In this document: positions 26,451-36,693 of the stretch, piece by piece
Position numbering within the stretch: position 1 is the stretch's first letter
Layout of the letters: every line of letters begins with the position of its first letter
Source: an uncultured Candidatus Saccharibacteria bacterium
GTDB lineage: Bacteria; Patescibacteriota; Minisyncoccia; Phycocordibacterales; UBA2100
Length of the DNA: 64,000 nt
Direction of reading: 5' to 3'
NCBI GenBank assembly: GCA_964399865.1
Contig: CAYNRJ010000001.1
Coordinates: forward strand, 266,050 to 330,049
Made by a program: the position numbers and the translations under genes
Notes under the pieces: model-generated
Told to the model about the DNA's origin: nothing
The model's input: only the letters and a program-made list of their open reading frames with translations
Databases searched by the model: none

Positions 26451-27740
26451 TTAAAATAGCTCAGCTAATTCCTGATCGGCCCGTAATATGGCCTCGTTTA
26501 AGCGTAGCGCCCCAGACGTTACGTTCTCTATCATAGCTCGAAAGACAGTCCTCGTCCCGTCAGAGTCAGGATCAGCCCACGCGCGCGAGATAATAGCTTG
26601 CCTGCTTACGAGCAATCCATCCCCCGTTTTCCCGCTTAGGACATTTCGTCTCGCGGAGGCCATGCCGAGGTTCGTAGCAAGGGCATCGGACGCATCAGCT
26701 GAGGCGAGACGGGAGGCGACGGTAGCGGCCCCGAGCGGATTTCTCGTTGTGCGCGTCTTCGCTATCCCATATACCTTTGCCACATCCACCTGGCGCTCTG
26801 CGGATCGTATCTGAGGAATTGCAGCGACTCCAAAATTGAGGTTTGGGTTAAGCTGCGCGAGGTCATCTTGCTCGCTCGCATAGCCCACATAGAGGGCAAG
26901 GTCGCCCGAAGCAAATGCGGATTTTGATTCAGGGAGCGCGCGATTCCAAGAATAAATAGACTTGGAAGGATCTGCGAACTCCGCATAAAAACGAATCGCC
27001 GATTCCGCAGCCTGCCTTGCTCCTCCCGACTGCTCAGAAAGCACTGTATTGTACCCTCCCTCGTCCGTACGGATGACGATTGGGTTTCCAGCCTGGAGGA
27101 TAAGGAGGCTCATAATATCTTTTGCATGAGTGACGTTTCGGTACTCACCGAAGGAAACGGTGGACTTGGTTATCTGACCTTCATCGTTTTTCTTAGTTAT
27201 CTTCTGCGATATACCACTGATCTCGTCCCAAAAGCGAGGTGGTGTTGCATAGCCTGCTGTGGAGAAAAGGTCTCGATTCCAGTATAGAACCAGAGGATCT
27301 GCAACAAGCGGCATCGCCATTATGCCGGTTCGTAGGAGAAATGGGTCCGCCGCTTCAATGAATGTATTCCGAAACTGCGTCTCTGTAAGCTGTTCGTATG
27401 TCGTCGGTGATATCTTCCGAGAATCTTGAATCGCATAATCTTGACTCAAAATGAAAAGGTCCGGCGCGCTGCCTGTTGCAAGCGCCTCTGTAAGATCCTC
27501 CATGAAAGTGCTCGCATTTTTCTGCACATACGTGACCTGCTCATATGTCTTATCGAGATCGGACACTTGCTCGAGAACTTCGTTAAATGCAGTTTGATCT
27601 AGTGTGCCCCATATCCTCACCGCTCCGAGTGAAGCAGAAGTATTACCATTGATGACAAGTGCAAAAATAAGCACCCCTGAAATTGCGAGGGCCGCAAAGA
27701 TTCCAAGAAGAACGAGTTGAAATGCTGAAAGTTTAGGCAT
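26451..27740 (-). CDS. extracellular solute-binding protein (ABC transporter substrate-binding, family 1-like), membrane-anchored
   Basis: N-terminal TM anchor then a periplasmic-binding-protein fold. No permease or ATPase genes are adjacent within the window. Confidence 0.65.
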   Translation of the reverse strand: MPKLSAFQLVLLGIFAALAISGVLIFALVINGNTSASLGAVRIWGTLDQTAFNEVLEQVSDLDKTYEQVTYVQKNASTFMEDLTEALATGSAPDLFILSQDYAIQDSRKISPTTYEQLTETQFRNTFIEAADPFLLRTGIMAMPLVADPLVLYWNRDLFSTAGYATPPRFWDEISGISQKITKKNDEGQITKSTVSFGEYRNVTHAKDIMSLLILQAGNPIVIRTDEGGYNTVLSEQSGGARQAAESAIRFYAEFADPSKSIYSWNRALPESKSAFASGDLALYVGYASEQDDLAQLNPNLNFGVAAIPQIRSAERQVDVAKVYGIAKTRTTRNPLGAATVASRLASADASDALATNLGMASARRNVLSGKTGDGLLVSRQAIISRAWADPDSDGTRTVFRAMIENVTSGALRLNEAILRADQELAELF

Positions 27741-27748
27741 GATGGTCT

Positions 27749-28348
27749 TTATTGTGCCATAGATACGGGTCGGAAGATGAGTCCATAGTGGTGAGCACCT
27801 GCAGGAAACTCTTTTTCAAGTACGAATCCTGCTCGTTGGGCAAAATCGATCGCCATTCCCCTCTCAAATACTTCCTCTTCCGCCGGACCCATGCCGTCAA
27901 AGGAGTCTTGCCAGTCGATGATAGAGACACGGCCGCGAGAATTCAGAATGCGACGCGCTTCCGCGAGAACGGCAAGCTTACTTTCAATTTGGAAGAGAAT
28001 ATTTGAAAGAAGAACGAGATCAATCGTGTTATCCGCAATCTTAGACGCACGAGGCATCTCTAAATCCGCCCAAATAACGTCGACCGTGTCGAATCCTCGC
28101 CGCATCGCCTCATTTGCTATGCGTCGTAAAAGATCCTTCTGAATATCGATCGCGTACACACGTCCCTTTCCTTCCAACCTTTCAGCAACAGAGAGCACGT
28201 GAGCACCACTCCCAGAGCCAAAATCGGCAACATGCATTCCCTCTCGGATGCCGAGTGACCATACGTGCCCTTTTGGATGAGCGAATCTACCTAATGAAGT
28301 AAGATCGCGCGTTTGCACTTCTTGCATTCTTTTTATTATACCGTGCAA
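27749..28348 (-). CDS. class I SAM-dependent methyltransferase
   Basis: Motif I VADFGSGSGAHVL, acidic motif II YAIDI and the DLVLLSNIL region. Confidence 0.7.
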   Translation of the reverse strand: MHGIIKRMQEVQTRDLTSLGRFAHPKGHVWSLGIREGMHVADFGSGSGAHVLSVAERLEGKGRVYAIDIQKDLLRRIANEAMRRGFDTVDVIWADLEMPRASKIADNTIDLVLLSNILFQIESKLAVLAEARRILNSRGRVSIIDWQDSFDGMGPAEEEVFERGMAIDFAQRAGFVLEKEFPAGAHHYGLIFRPVSMAQ

Positions 28349-28494
28349 ACACGCGGTTCTCGGCTATACACCGAACCTTTTGGGGAAAAGTTACTGGCGA
28401 CGTAGAGCGAGCGATAATGAAAATGAGTACATTTTCATTTCCGAGCCGAGGAGTCAGAAAAACTCACGTCTTGACCGCAGGGCAAGCGTGAGTT

Positions 28495-30993
28495 TTATGC
28501 CTTCGGCTCCTCTTCTCCTGCCTCAAACACCACGAATGATGCCACCTGATCCCCTTCACGCATTTTCATCACACGAACGCCCTGCGTCGCGCGACTGAGA
28601 GTTGGTATTTCATCGAGCCCTGTTCGTATAGTCTGACTCTTCTTAGACATTGCGACAATTTCTCCACCTTCGAGTACAACCGCACCTCCCACCAACTGTT
28701 TCGTCTTTGGAGTAATAGACATTGTCTTGATACCGCTACCGCCGCGACCCTGTGTCTTGTATTCAGAAAGTTTTGTTTTCTTGCCGTAGCCTGTCGAAGA
28801 AAGCACAAGAAGCTGCGGATCCTTTGCATCCTTTGGAATGACTCCTGTACCAACGATAGAATCCCCACTCCCGAGCTTCATGCCACGCACTCCTCCAGCT
28901 TGGCGCCCCATTTCGCGCACATCATCCGTCGAGAATCGAATGGATTGTCCTTTTGCAGTCACAAGCACTGCATCATCACCTTTACGCACAAACTGCGCGG
29001 AAATAAGCGAGTCACCTTTTTCGAGACCTATGGAAATGAGACCACTTCGGCGCACTTCCTTAAATTTATCCGCAGAAGTTTTCTTCACCGTGCCCTGTTT
29101 TGTGGTCATGAGGAGCGCCAGCCCGTCGGAAGCTTTGATTGCTTTTGGCATCGCAAGGATAGAAGTTATATTTTCTCCCTGCTCAAGTGAAATAAAGTTC
29201 ATGATCGACTTTCCTTTCGTTGCACGTTTCCCTTCTGGGAGTTCGTACATCTTCAATTGATATGCCTTGCCGCGATCTGAGAAGAAAAGAAGATCAGAGT
29301 GAGCAGATGCGGTAAGGAATTGCGTTACGAAATCTTCTTCTTTCGTATCGAGATCAACGACACCGACACCCCCGCGCTTCTGTCGTCTGTATTCTGAAGG
29401 ATTAGTACGCTTGATATAGCCGCCAGAAGTAAGGACGAGGACCGAATCCTCATCTGCCACAAGATCCTCAGCAGAAAGCGTCTTTACTTCCCTTTTAACG
29501 ATCTTAGTGCGACGCGCATCACCGTACTTTTCGATCACATCGCCGATCTCCTTCTTGATGAGACCCATCAATTTCTTTTCGCTCTTAAGAAGTGACGTCA
29601 ATTCCTCGATGAGTGCCTGGACCTCCTTCAATTCTTCCTCAACTTTCTTGCGCTCAAGACCGGCGAGCTTCGAGAGACGCATTTCGAGAATTGCGTTTGC
29701 CTGGAGTTCGGAGAATTTAAATTTACTCATGAGGGACGCGCGGGCATCGTCCACATCTTTCGATTTCTTAATGAGTTGAATGATCTCGTCTATGTGATCG
29801 AGCGCCTTCTTCAATCCGAGAAGAATGTGCTCGCGTGCTTCAGCTTTTGCGAGGTCAAATTTCGTCCGGCGCGTGACCACATCCTTTCGGTGAGCGACGA
29901 ATATCTCGAGGAGCGCCTTGAGGGAAAGTGTCTGAGGCACACCATCGACGAGCGCAACAACGTTGTAGTGGAAGGTTTCCTCAAGCTGTGTGTGCTTATA
30001 GAGGTAATTGAGGACCGTCTGTGCGTTCCCCGTATTTTTTAACTCGATAACAACACGAATATCCTTCGTGGACTCATCTCGAATGTCACGGATACCCTCG
30101 AGCTTCTTCTCATGCACGAGATCAGCGATCTTCTGCAAGAGATCTGCTTTATTTACTCGGAACGGGATCGAGGTAACAACGATTGAGTAGTCCCCTTTCT
30201 TGCCTTCTACTATTTCTGCGTCCCCTCGTACTACAACCCCACCGCGACCTGATGAATATGCGTGCGCAATATCTTTTTGATTGAATGCGATACAGCCTGT
30301 CGGGAAATCCGGTCCCTGCACGAACTGGAGAAGGTCATCGGTCGTCGCTTCTGGATTATCAATGAGGTGCACTGCAGCATCACAAATCTCCTTCAAATTA
30401 TGCGGAGGGATATTGGTGGCCATACCAACGGCAATTCCGAGCGTGCCATTCAAAAGTAAGTTTGGAATTGCAGCTGGAAGCACTGATGGCTCCTGCTTTG
30501 TATTGTCATAGTTGGATACGAAATCAACTGTTTCCTTCTCAATATCCTTCATCATCTCCCCCGCAAGTCGCGACATCTTCGCCTCGGTGTATCGATATGC
30601 TGCTGCGGCGTCCCCGTCAATCGAACCGAAGTTACCTTGACCAACGATAAGTGGATATCGCATCGTAAAGTCCTGCGCCATCTTTACCATCGCGTCATAC
30701 ACTGACGCATCACCGTGTGGGTGATACTTACCGAGCACATCTCCCACGACTGTTGCAGACTTCCTCGTTTTTGCCGAAACAGAGAGCCCTGCCTCTTGCA
30801 TAGCAAAAAGGATGCGACGATGGACTGGTTTTAGACCATCACGCGCGTCCGGAAGCGCACGGGCCGTGATGACCGACATCGCGTAGTCAAGATACGAATT
30901 GCGCATCTCCGCGGAGATGCCTTGAGGGATGACCGAACCCGTATTTATTGGCTTACTTTCAGCCTTTTCTGAATCCTCATTCTTACGGGCCAT
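28495..30993 (-). CDS. gyrA: DNA gyrase subunit A
   Basis: N-terminal [10 protein letters not shown]...[17 protein letters not shown] with the active Tyr region, plus the C-terminal beta-pinwheel repeats. Confidence 0.9.
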   Translation of the reverse strand: MARKNEDSEKAESKPINTGSVIPQGISAEMRNSYLDYAMSVITARALPDARDGLKPVHRRILFAMQEAGLSVSAKTRKSATVVGDVLGKYHPHGDASVYDAMVKMAQDFTMRYPLIVGQGNFGSIDGDAAAAYRYTEAKMSRLAGEMMKDIEKETVDFVSNYDNTKQEPSVLPAAIPNLLLNGTLGIAVGMATNIPPHNLKEICDAAVHLIDNPEATTDDLLQFVQGPDFPTGCIAFNQKDIAHAYSSGRGGVVVRGDAEIVEGKKGDYSIVVTSIPFRVNKADLLQKIADLVHEKKLEGIRDIRDESTKDIRVVIELKNTGNAQTVLNYLYKHTQLEETFHYNVVALVDGVPQTLSLKALLEIFVAHRKDVVTRRTKFDLAKAEAREHILLGLKKALDHIDEIIQLIKKSKDVDDARASLMSKFKFSELQANAILEMRLSKLAGLERKKVEEELKEVQALIEELTSLLKSEKKLMGLIKKEIGDVIEKYGDARRTKIVKREVKTLSAEDLVADEDSVLVLTSGGYIKRTNPSEYRRQKRGGVGVVDLDTKEEDFVTQFLTASAHSDLLFFSDRGKAYQLKMYELPEGKRATKGKSIMNFISLEQGENITSILAMPKAIKASDGLALLMTTKQGTVKKTSADKFKEVRRSGLISIGLEKGDSLISAQFVRKGDDAVLVTAKGQSIRFSTDDVREMGRQAGGVRGMKLGSGDSIVGTGVIPKDAKDPQLLVLSSTGYGKKTKLSEYKTQGRGGSGIKTMSITPKTKQLVGGAVVLEGGEIVAMSKKSQTIRTGLDEIPTLSRATQGVRVMKMREGDQVASFVVFEAGEEEPKA

Positions 30994-31062
30994 AATCGGA
31001 TAATTATACCTTTAAATGGCCCGAGATGCCAGTAGAAAAGTCCACAAAATCGAGTGTAGACC

Positions 31063-32178
31063 TCACCTTTCGGTCCTATTTTTCACCAGCAATCGTACTG
31101 CGATAAAGGTGGTGATCGGGACTGTGAGGACTATGCCGATCGAGCCTACAAGAGTGCGCACTATTTCTGTTGCGAAGATCTCACGATTCACGGCGATAAA
31201 TATTGACTCACTCCCGAATCCATAAAAAAGAAGTAGGAGCGGCAAGGAAACACCGACATATGCAATTGCGAGGGTGTTTACAAGAGCCCCCACGTGTTCA
31301 CGGCCTATGCGGAGCGCCCGGGCAAATATCGTACGACGAGGAAGATCGGGACCTGCGGCAGCGAGCTCTTCAACAGAGATCGACTGCCCTATCGCGGCGT
31401 CATACAAGACTCCCAGAATACCGATAAGGACACCGCCGAGAAGAATACCCGCAATGTCTATTTCCCCACCCGTATTAAAGTTCAAATATATACTCTCGTC
31501 CGAACTAAAGCCTGAGAGACGCGTAAAGATAATCGCGACATGTGCCAACACTCCAGTGAGACTTATCGTCGCTACCATTCCGAGGACAGCGGTGGTAGTA
31601 GTTTTATTGAACCCATGAGTGACATAGGAACCAAGACAAATGATAAGGGACGACACAGCGACCGCTACGAGAACGGGAGAAAAACCCTGGAGTATTCCCG
31701 GAAGGAGGAGAAACACTATAAAGACAAGACTCATGAGAAGCGAGAGTAGTCCGCGAATACCCTGCTTCCCGCCAAACACGAGCACCACGCCGATGAAAAG
31801 CGCCGCGAGGAACGCTAACGCGGATAAGCGATACGGCTCTGAGACCATGTATGAATCGATACCATTGAGTTCGTCTTTTGTGTGTCGAAGAAAGAATTGC
31901 TCATCCTCACGTAACATAAGATAGTCGTTATCGATCGTAACGATCTTCCCCTCCTCTTCTCCCTCCAGTATCAGGGCACGAATAACTTGAGTATCAGCCA
32001 ACGTATTTGTGCCGGGAATTATTTGCTCTTCCTCGCTCACGACTTCGACGACGCGGGCTTTTACTGTCTCACTAGTATCAAGAACCAGTTCCTGAGCAAA
32101 GGTCGTACCGAACGAAACACCAAAAAGAATCACTGCACATGAGATTGTAAAAAGACGCATGCATAGCAGTATACCCAA
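31063..32178 (-). CDS. YibE/F-family integral membrane protein
   Basis: Soluble N-terminal region then about 7 TM helices typical of YibE/F. The exact start is uncertain (MGILLC or MRLF). Confidence 0.55.
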   Translation of the reverse strand: MGILLCMRLFTISCAVILFGVSFGTTFAQELVLDTSETVKARVVEVVSEEEQIIPGTNTLADTQVIRALILEGEEEGKIVTIDNDYLMLREDEQFFLRHTKDELNGIDSYMVSEPYRLSALAFLAALFIGVVLVFGGKQGIRGLLSLLMSLVFIVFLLLPGILQGFSPVLVAVAVSSLIICLGSYVTHGFNKTTTTAVLGMVATISLTGVLAHVAIIFTRLSGFSSDESIYLNFNTGGEIDIAGILLGGVLIGILGVLYDAAIGQSISVEELAAAGPDLPRRTIFARALRIGREHVGALVNTLAIAYVGVSLPLLLLFYGFGSESIFIAVNREIFATEIVRTLVGSIGIVLTVPITTFIAVRLLVKNRTER

Positions 32179-32216
32179 TCAAGCTCCCGTATCCCAGTTG
32201 CAATATTTTTGCATCT

Positions 32217-32660
32217 GTGTATAGTGCCTGTATGCAAGATATCGCCGCTAGAAAAATCCTGTCTGAATCGGGACTCCGAGCAACCGCACCACGAGTTGCA
32301 GTAATTGAATTTCTCCAGAAGTGCGACTACCCTCTTTCGATAAAAGATCTCGGAGAGAAATTTGCCCATATCGATCAAGTGACTCTATATCGCATGATGG
32401 AAACGTTTACTGTCGCAGGATTCGTGTCACGAATTGATTTGGGAGATGGTGTCGCATCCTTTGAATTTAAAGATGAGCGCGATCATCACCACATCATCTG
32501 TGTGGATTGCAAAAAAATAGAAGATTTCACGGATGCCGCCCACGAGAAACTGCAGAAAAAAATTCTTGCAGGCTCAAAATCTTTTGCAAAAATCGTTAGT
32601 CATTCATTCGAAATATTCGCTCTCTGTCGCTCTTGTGTAAAGAAACAAACCCTCGCATAA
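32217..32660 (+). CDS. Fur-family transcriptional regulator (probably Zur-like, given the downstream ZIP transporter)
   Basis: Winged-helix N-terminus, HHHIICVDCKKIED and a C-terminal CRSC metal site. Confidence 0.8.
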   Translation: MYSACMQDIAARKILSESGLRATAPRVAVIEFLQKCDYPLSIKDLGEKFAHIDQVTLYRMMETFTVAGFVSRIDLGDGVASFEFKDERDHHHIICVDCKKIEDFTDAAHEKLQKKILAGSKSFAKIVSHSFEIFALCRSCVKKQTLA

Positions 32661-32664
32661 CTCT

Positions 32665-33480
32665 ATGACAATCATCCTATTCTCTGTCGCCGCAGCACTT
32701 TGTGTGATGAGCGCCTCTCTCGTGGGAGTAATCTTTATTCATCGCACACTTGGCGCTTGGATGCGACCCCGTCTCACATACCTTGCGACATTCTCTGCGG
32801 GCGTGCTTACAATCCTCGCGTATCATCTGATCGAAGAAGCCTTCCACGAAGCTGAGTCTGTTGCCCTTATTGCAGGCTCCATAGTCGCCGGAGTCGTCGT
32901 GCTTGAGATAATCCACTACGTATTACCCCATGAGGATGAGCACCATCACCATGGAGAAGCCTCGGGCCACACTCACTCCCCAGTCGACGGTCGTCGAGTC
33001 TTGATCTCGGACAGTGTACACAACGTTACTGATGGCTTTCTCATAGTCCCTGCGTTTCTTATCGACTGGAGATTCGGGATCGCGGCGACCGTTGGAATTT
33101 TCTTTCACGAGCTCGTTCAAGAGATCTCAGAGTTCTTTATTTTGAAGGAGGCGGGGTATTCGAACAAAAAAGCCCTCTCGCTGAATTTTGCCGCATCCTC
33201 GACCATTCTTATCGGTATCATTCTCGCACTAACCCTCGCGTCGTTCGAGACAATACTTGCTGTGCTTGCCGGCTTTGCAGCAGGTGGATTTCTTTCAGTC
33301 GTCATTCGTGACCTATTACCCCATGCGGCAGAGTCCGTCAAAGTAAGCGGCAAATGGCTCCCTCATGTTTTAGCCGCCACCGCGGGGATATTACTTATGA
33401 GTGGCATAACCTTCCTCGCTCCGCACGAGCATGCTGAGCACGACGAAGAACACGTTGACGCTGTTGTAGTGGAGGTATAA
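32665..33480 (+). CDS. zupT: ZIP-family metal (zinc) transporter
   Basis: 8-TM ZIP fold with a His-rich loop HEDEHHHHGEASGHTHS and the HNVTDG / HELVQE motifs. Confidence 0.75.
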   Translation: MTIILFSVAAALCVMSASLVGVIFIHRTLGAWMRPRLTYLATFSAGVLTILAYHLIEEAFHEAESVALIAGSIVAGVVVLEIIHYVLPHEDEHHHHGEASGHTHSPVDGRRVLISDSVHNVTDGFLIVPAFLIDWRFGIAATVGIFFHELVQEISEFFILKEAGYSNKKALSLNFAASSTILIGIILALTLASFETILAVLAGFAAGGFLSVVIRDLLPHAAESVKVSGKWLPHVLAATAGILLMSGITFLAPHEHAEHDEEHVDAVVVEV

Positions 33481-33487
33481 TTGCCTA

Positions 33488-33865
33488 ATGCCAGAGAAGC
33501 TCACAAAAAAGAAAGAATTAATAGGGTTCAAGTATTCTTTTAACGGTCTCAAAATTGCGTGGCGCCAGGAGTTCAACTTTCGGTTCGACGTTACGTGTGC
33601 GGTCATAGTCCTCGCCCTCAGTTGGTTCTTCGGGATTTCTACGACTGAGCTTCTCATCATTGTGGGAGCCATAGGTTTTGTGATGACTGCAGAAATATTT
33701 AACACTGCGCTCGAAGAACTCTGCGACAAATTCCAACCCGAGCACGATCCACATATCGGTAAAATTAAGGATCTCTCTGCGGCTGCGGTACTTATCTCCT
33801 CGATAACAGCTACCGCAGTCGGCATAATAATCTTCGTTCCATACGTGATTGCTCTTTTATCATGA
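33488..33865 (+). CDS. dgkA: diacylglycerol kinase (prokaryotic DgkA family)
   Basis: 3-TM 125-aa protein with the DgkA-like FRFDVTCAV...AEIFNTALEEL motif. Confidence 0.65.
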   Translation: MPEKLTKKKELIGFKYSFNGLKIAWRQEFNFRFDVTCAVIVLALSWFFGISTTELLIIVGAIGFVMTAEIFNTALEELCDKFQPEHDPHIGKIKDLSAAAVLISSITATAVGIIIFVPYVIALLS

Positions 33866-34404
33866 GCGCTATCGCTGCCCTCGACACTGGGGTACTAGAA
33901 CTCCTCTACTCGATCCGTAATGCGGACTTAGTCCAAATATTCATTTGGATAAGCGAATTTGGGAGACTGTCCACGGTCTGCGGCCTCATGGCCTCTGTCG
34001 CGCTATTCTTTATCCTCGCCCGTAAGTACGCATACGCGGTCGGGCTTGTTGTGAGTGTCGTCTCTAGCACAGTCGCGATTGTTGCTCTAAAGGAAATAGT
34101 TGAGCGAGCCAGACCACCTATTTCTTTTCAGGCTTACACTGAGATCTGGTACTCATTCCCGAGCGCCCATGCAGCGCTCGCTGCAGCATTCTACGGATTT
34201 CTTGTCTATATAGCCGCCCGATCAATAACGAACAGGACCCTCAAAATCATCGTCATAACGATGTGCGTCGCTCTCGTCCTATTGGTAGCCTTTAGTCGAA
34301 TATATCTTGGTGTTCACTACATGAGTGACGTAGTAATGGGGCTCCTGCTTGGCCTCGCATCCGTATCGCTCGGTATTAAAGTATCTAGACGTCTTCCACA
34401 ATGA
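33862..34404 (+). CDS. PAP2-family phosphatase (phosphatidic-acid phosphatase type 2 fold)
   Basis: PAP2 motifs KEIVERARP, SFPSAH and SRIYLGVHYMSD. Confidence 0.7.
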   Translation: MSAIAALDTGVLELLYSIRNADLVQIFIWISEFGRLSTVCGLMASVALFFILARKYAYAVGLVVSVVSSTVAIVALKEIVERARPPISFQAYTEIWYSFPSAHAALAAAFYGFLVYIAARSITNRTLKIIVITMCVALVLLVAFSRIYLGVHYMSDVVMGLLLGLASVSLGIKVSRRLPQ

Positions 34405-35168
34405 ATATTTTCGAGAGCATTATCCTTGGCGTTGTTGAAGGACTGACGGAATTTCTTCCGATCTCCTCTACCGGACATCTCATACTGACGAGCACTCTCC
34501 TTGGCATAGAACAAACCGAATTCCTTAAGACCTTTGAGATCGTGATCCAACTCGGCGCGATCTGCGCTGTCCTTTCGCTTTTCTGGAGATCGCTCCTCAA
34601 TATCGAGGTCCTGAAGCGGCTTTTCATCGCCTTCATACCGACTGCACTTATTGGATTCCTCGCCTATCCATTCATAAAAGGGGTACTACTTGAGAGCCCG
34701 CTTACTGTCGTGGTGGCACTCTTTCTAGGGGGCATTGCGCTCATCGTATTCGAACTATTCCACACCGAACGCGAAGATGCAGCTGGGAGCGTGCAAGAAG
34801 TTTCCTACAAGCAATCATTCATTATCGGACTATTCCAATCAATTGCGATGGTCCCAGGTGTCTCACGCTCCGCGGCAACGCTCGTGGGTGGACTCCTCAT
34901 GGGAATCAAACGTGTAGCGATCGTAGAATTCGCATTCCTTCTCGCGATCCCCACGATGCTTGCGGCAACGGGCTACGATGTGTTGAAGAGCTATGAAAAC
35001 CTCTCGAGCGACAACCTACCAATACTGGCAGTTGGTTTCATTACTTCTTTTATCGTTGCGATACTCGCCGTAAAATTCCTTCTTTCGTACGTTAAAAACC
35101 ATTCGTTCATCGCGTTCGGTATATACCGGATAATTCTCGCCGCACTCTTTTTCCTCTTCGTTCTCTAG
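34401..35168 (+). CDS. uppP: undecaprenyl-diphosphate phosphatase (BacA/UppP)
   Basis: EGLTEFLPISSTGHL and PGVSRSAATL signature motifs. Confidence 0.85.
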   Translation: MNIFESIILGVVEGLTEFLPISSTGHLILTSTLLGIEQTEFLKTFEIVIQLGAICAVLSLFWRSLLNIEVLKRLFIAFIPTALIGFLAYPFIKGVLLESPLTVVVALFLGGIALIVFELFHTEREDAAGSVQEVSYKQSFIIGLFQSIAMVPGVSRSAATLVGGLLMGIKRVAIVEFAFLLAIPTMLAATGYDVLKSYENLSSDNLPILAVGFITSFIVAILAVKFLLSYVKNHSFIAFGIYRIILAALFFLFVL

Positions 35169-35722
35169 CGAGCACGAAAGAACGCGAGTGCACGAGACTG
35201 CACAACAGAAAATTCGAGTGCATCATTTTGTATAACCCAACGATACAAGACTGGTGACAGGACCGTTGCAAAGAATACGGTACTGATGAGATGCATGATC
35301 GTAAACGGGATCTGCCCTAGAAGCGCGACACTCCAGAGCTGCGTGCTAAAGAGGGGCCCAATCATCATAGTGACTGCGTCATAGAGTAATGTCGCAGGGA
35401 TTCCAAATGTAAGAAAATTCTTGACGCTTGCCTCGCGGTTTTTGAAGAAATAATACGCGCCAACTCCGAGGAGTCCGTAACACGCAGCTGTCACCCACGT
35501 CCATATTCCCCAACCGCTCGTCACGGCGTCGTAGATGACGATCGCGAAGAAGCCAAAGCTAAAAGTCGCCAGAATGCCATACCGTTTCGAGAACGGCATC
35601 ATAGCCCCCATGAGAGGCTCAAAATTCGGAGGGCGTACAGGGAGAAGGATAAGTCTGAAAAGGAATACAGCCATCCATCCGAGAATAAATTTAATCGTGC
35701 CTGAAGGAATTGAAAATTGCAT
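35165..35722 (-). CDS. integral membrane protein (possibly an ECF-transporter S-component-like fold)
   Basis: Five to six hydrophobic helices. No confident family. Confidence 0.35.
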   Translation of the reverse strand: MQFSIPSGTIKFILGWMAVFLFRLILLPVRPPNFEPLMGAMMPFSKRYGILATFSFGFFAIVIYDAVTSGWGIWTWVTAACYGLLGVGAYYFFKNREASVKNFLTFGIPATLLYDAVTMMIGPLFSTQLWSVALLGQIPFTIMHLISTVFFATVLSPVLYRWVIQNDALEFSVVQSRALAFFRAR

Positions 35723-35766
35723 GGCTCACTAGTATAGCAACGCCAAGCAGCCAATCAATCACCTCC

Positions 35767-36348
35767 TTATTCACCATCCAGGTGTACCACTGAGGAATTG
35801 TTCTTTGCGGTTGTATTCCTTACAGATTCAGCCGAAATTGTGAGCTGTGGAGTATTCCCCTCTAATGGTCCTGAAATACTCACATGATCGCCAACCTCTA
35901 TATTCTGAATGGTGCCTCTCTCGCCATTTTTTAGGATAAATCTAGTGCCGTTATCAATGTTGATCGTCCAGTGAAATTCAGAGGACCCCCACGCAGTTTT
36001 TACATCTATCTCCGAGTTAGATACGGAAACTACTCGTGCTCCCTCAAGGTATACGAGCCCGTTATTTGCGATATGCAGCTCTAAATCCGGCGCTGACTCC
36101 GAAGACGGCTCTTCCTTCACAACTGGTGTCACCGCTGCGGCTTGAACCGGTGGGCTATTTCTCTGGAAGATTAAAGTAAATAGCGCGGCAGTGAAGAATG
36201 CTGCTGATATGAGGAGGGCTGCAATAACAATCCTCTTTTTAGAGAGTTTTGATGTTATTCCCTTGAGAGATGCCTGGGGACGGGATGAAATAAATTCCAT
36301 TGACCTTCCAAGGCGTCCCACGCGTATTGAAGAAGTTGAATTGCGCAT
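35767..36348 (-). CDS. hypothetical membrane-anchored protein
   Basis: One TM (IVIAALLISAAFFTAALFTLIF) then a soluble region. The start is uncertain (possibly MEFISS at 36300). Confidence 0.4.
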   Translation of the reverse strand: MRNSTSSIRVGRLGRSMEFISSRPQASLKGITSKLSKKRIVIAALLISAAFFTAALFTLIFQRNSPPVQAAAVTPVVKEEPSSESAPDLELHIANNGLVYLEGARVVSVSNSEIDVKTAWGSSEFHWTINIDNGTRFILKNGERGTIQNIEVGDHVSISGPLEGNTPQLTISAESVRNTTAKNNSSVVHLDGE

Positions 36349-36355
36349 ATGTATT

Positions 36356-36505
36356 TTAAAGTGGTCGTTGTCCCCGGATCACTCGTAATAGGACTACTGC
36401 GATCGCGATCAGAAGGAGAAGATGAATAAAGCCGCCAAGCGTATTGGAACTGATTAGGCCCACGAGCCAGAAGAGAAATAAAAGTGCGGCGATTGTGTAT
36501 AACAT
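36356..36505 (-). CDS. Lmo0937-family small membrane protein (49 aa)
   Basis: Not in the ORF track. The translation MLYTIAALLFLFWLVGLISSNTLGGFIHLLLLIAIAVVLLRVIRGQRPL matches the conserved small-protein pattern (..W..G....TLGG.IH.LL..A......I.G.R). Confidence 0.5.
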   Translation of the reverse strand: MLYTIAALLFLFWLVGLISSNTLGGFIHLLLLIAIAVVLLRVIRGQRPL

Positions 36506-36693
36506 ACATTCTTTTTTAGTCAAACAAGATCCTAGTTCCGTGCACTTCTCTTACACTTAGACGCATGAACAGTGGACCTGCTTACCATTTAATACGACTC
36601 GTATGAAAACAGGCTGAACTTTGTCAGTGACACTCGCGATGCCGCCACACCAAAATACGCCGCAGTCTTTGCGGTCCTCAGTACTTTTTCAAT

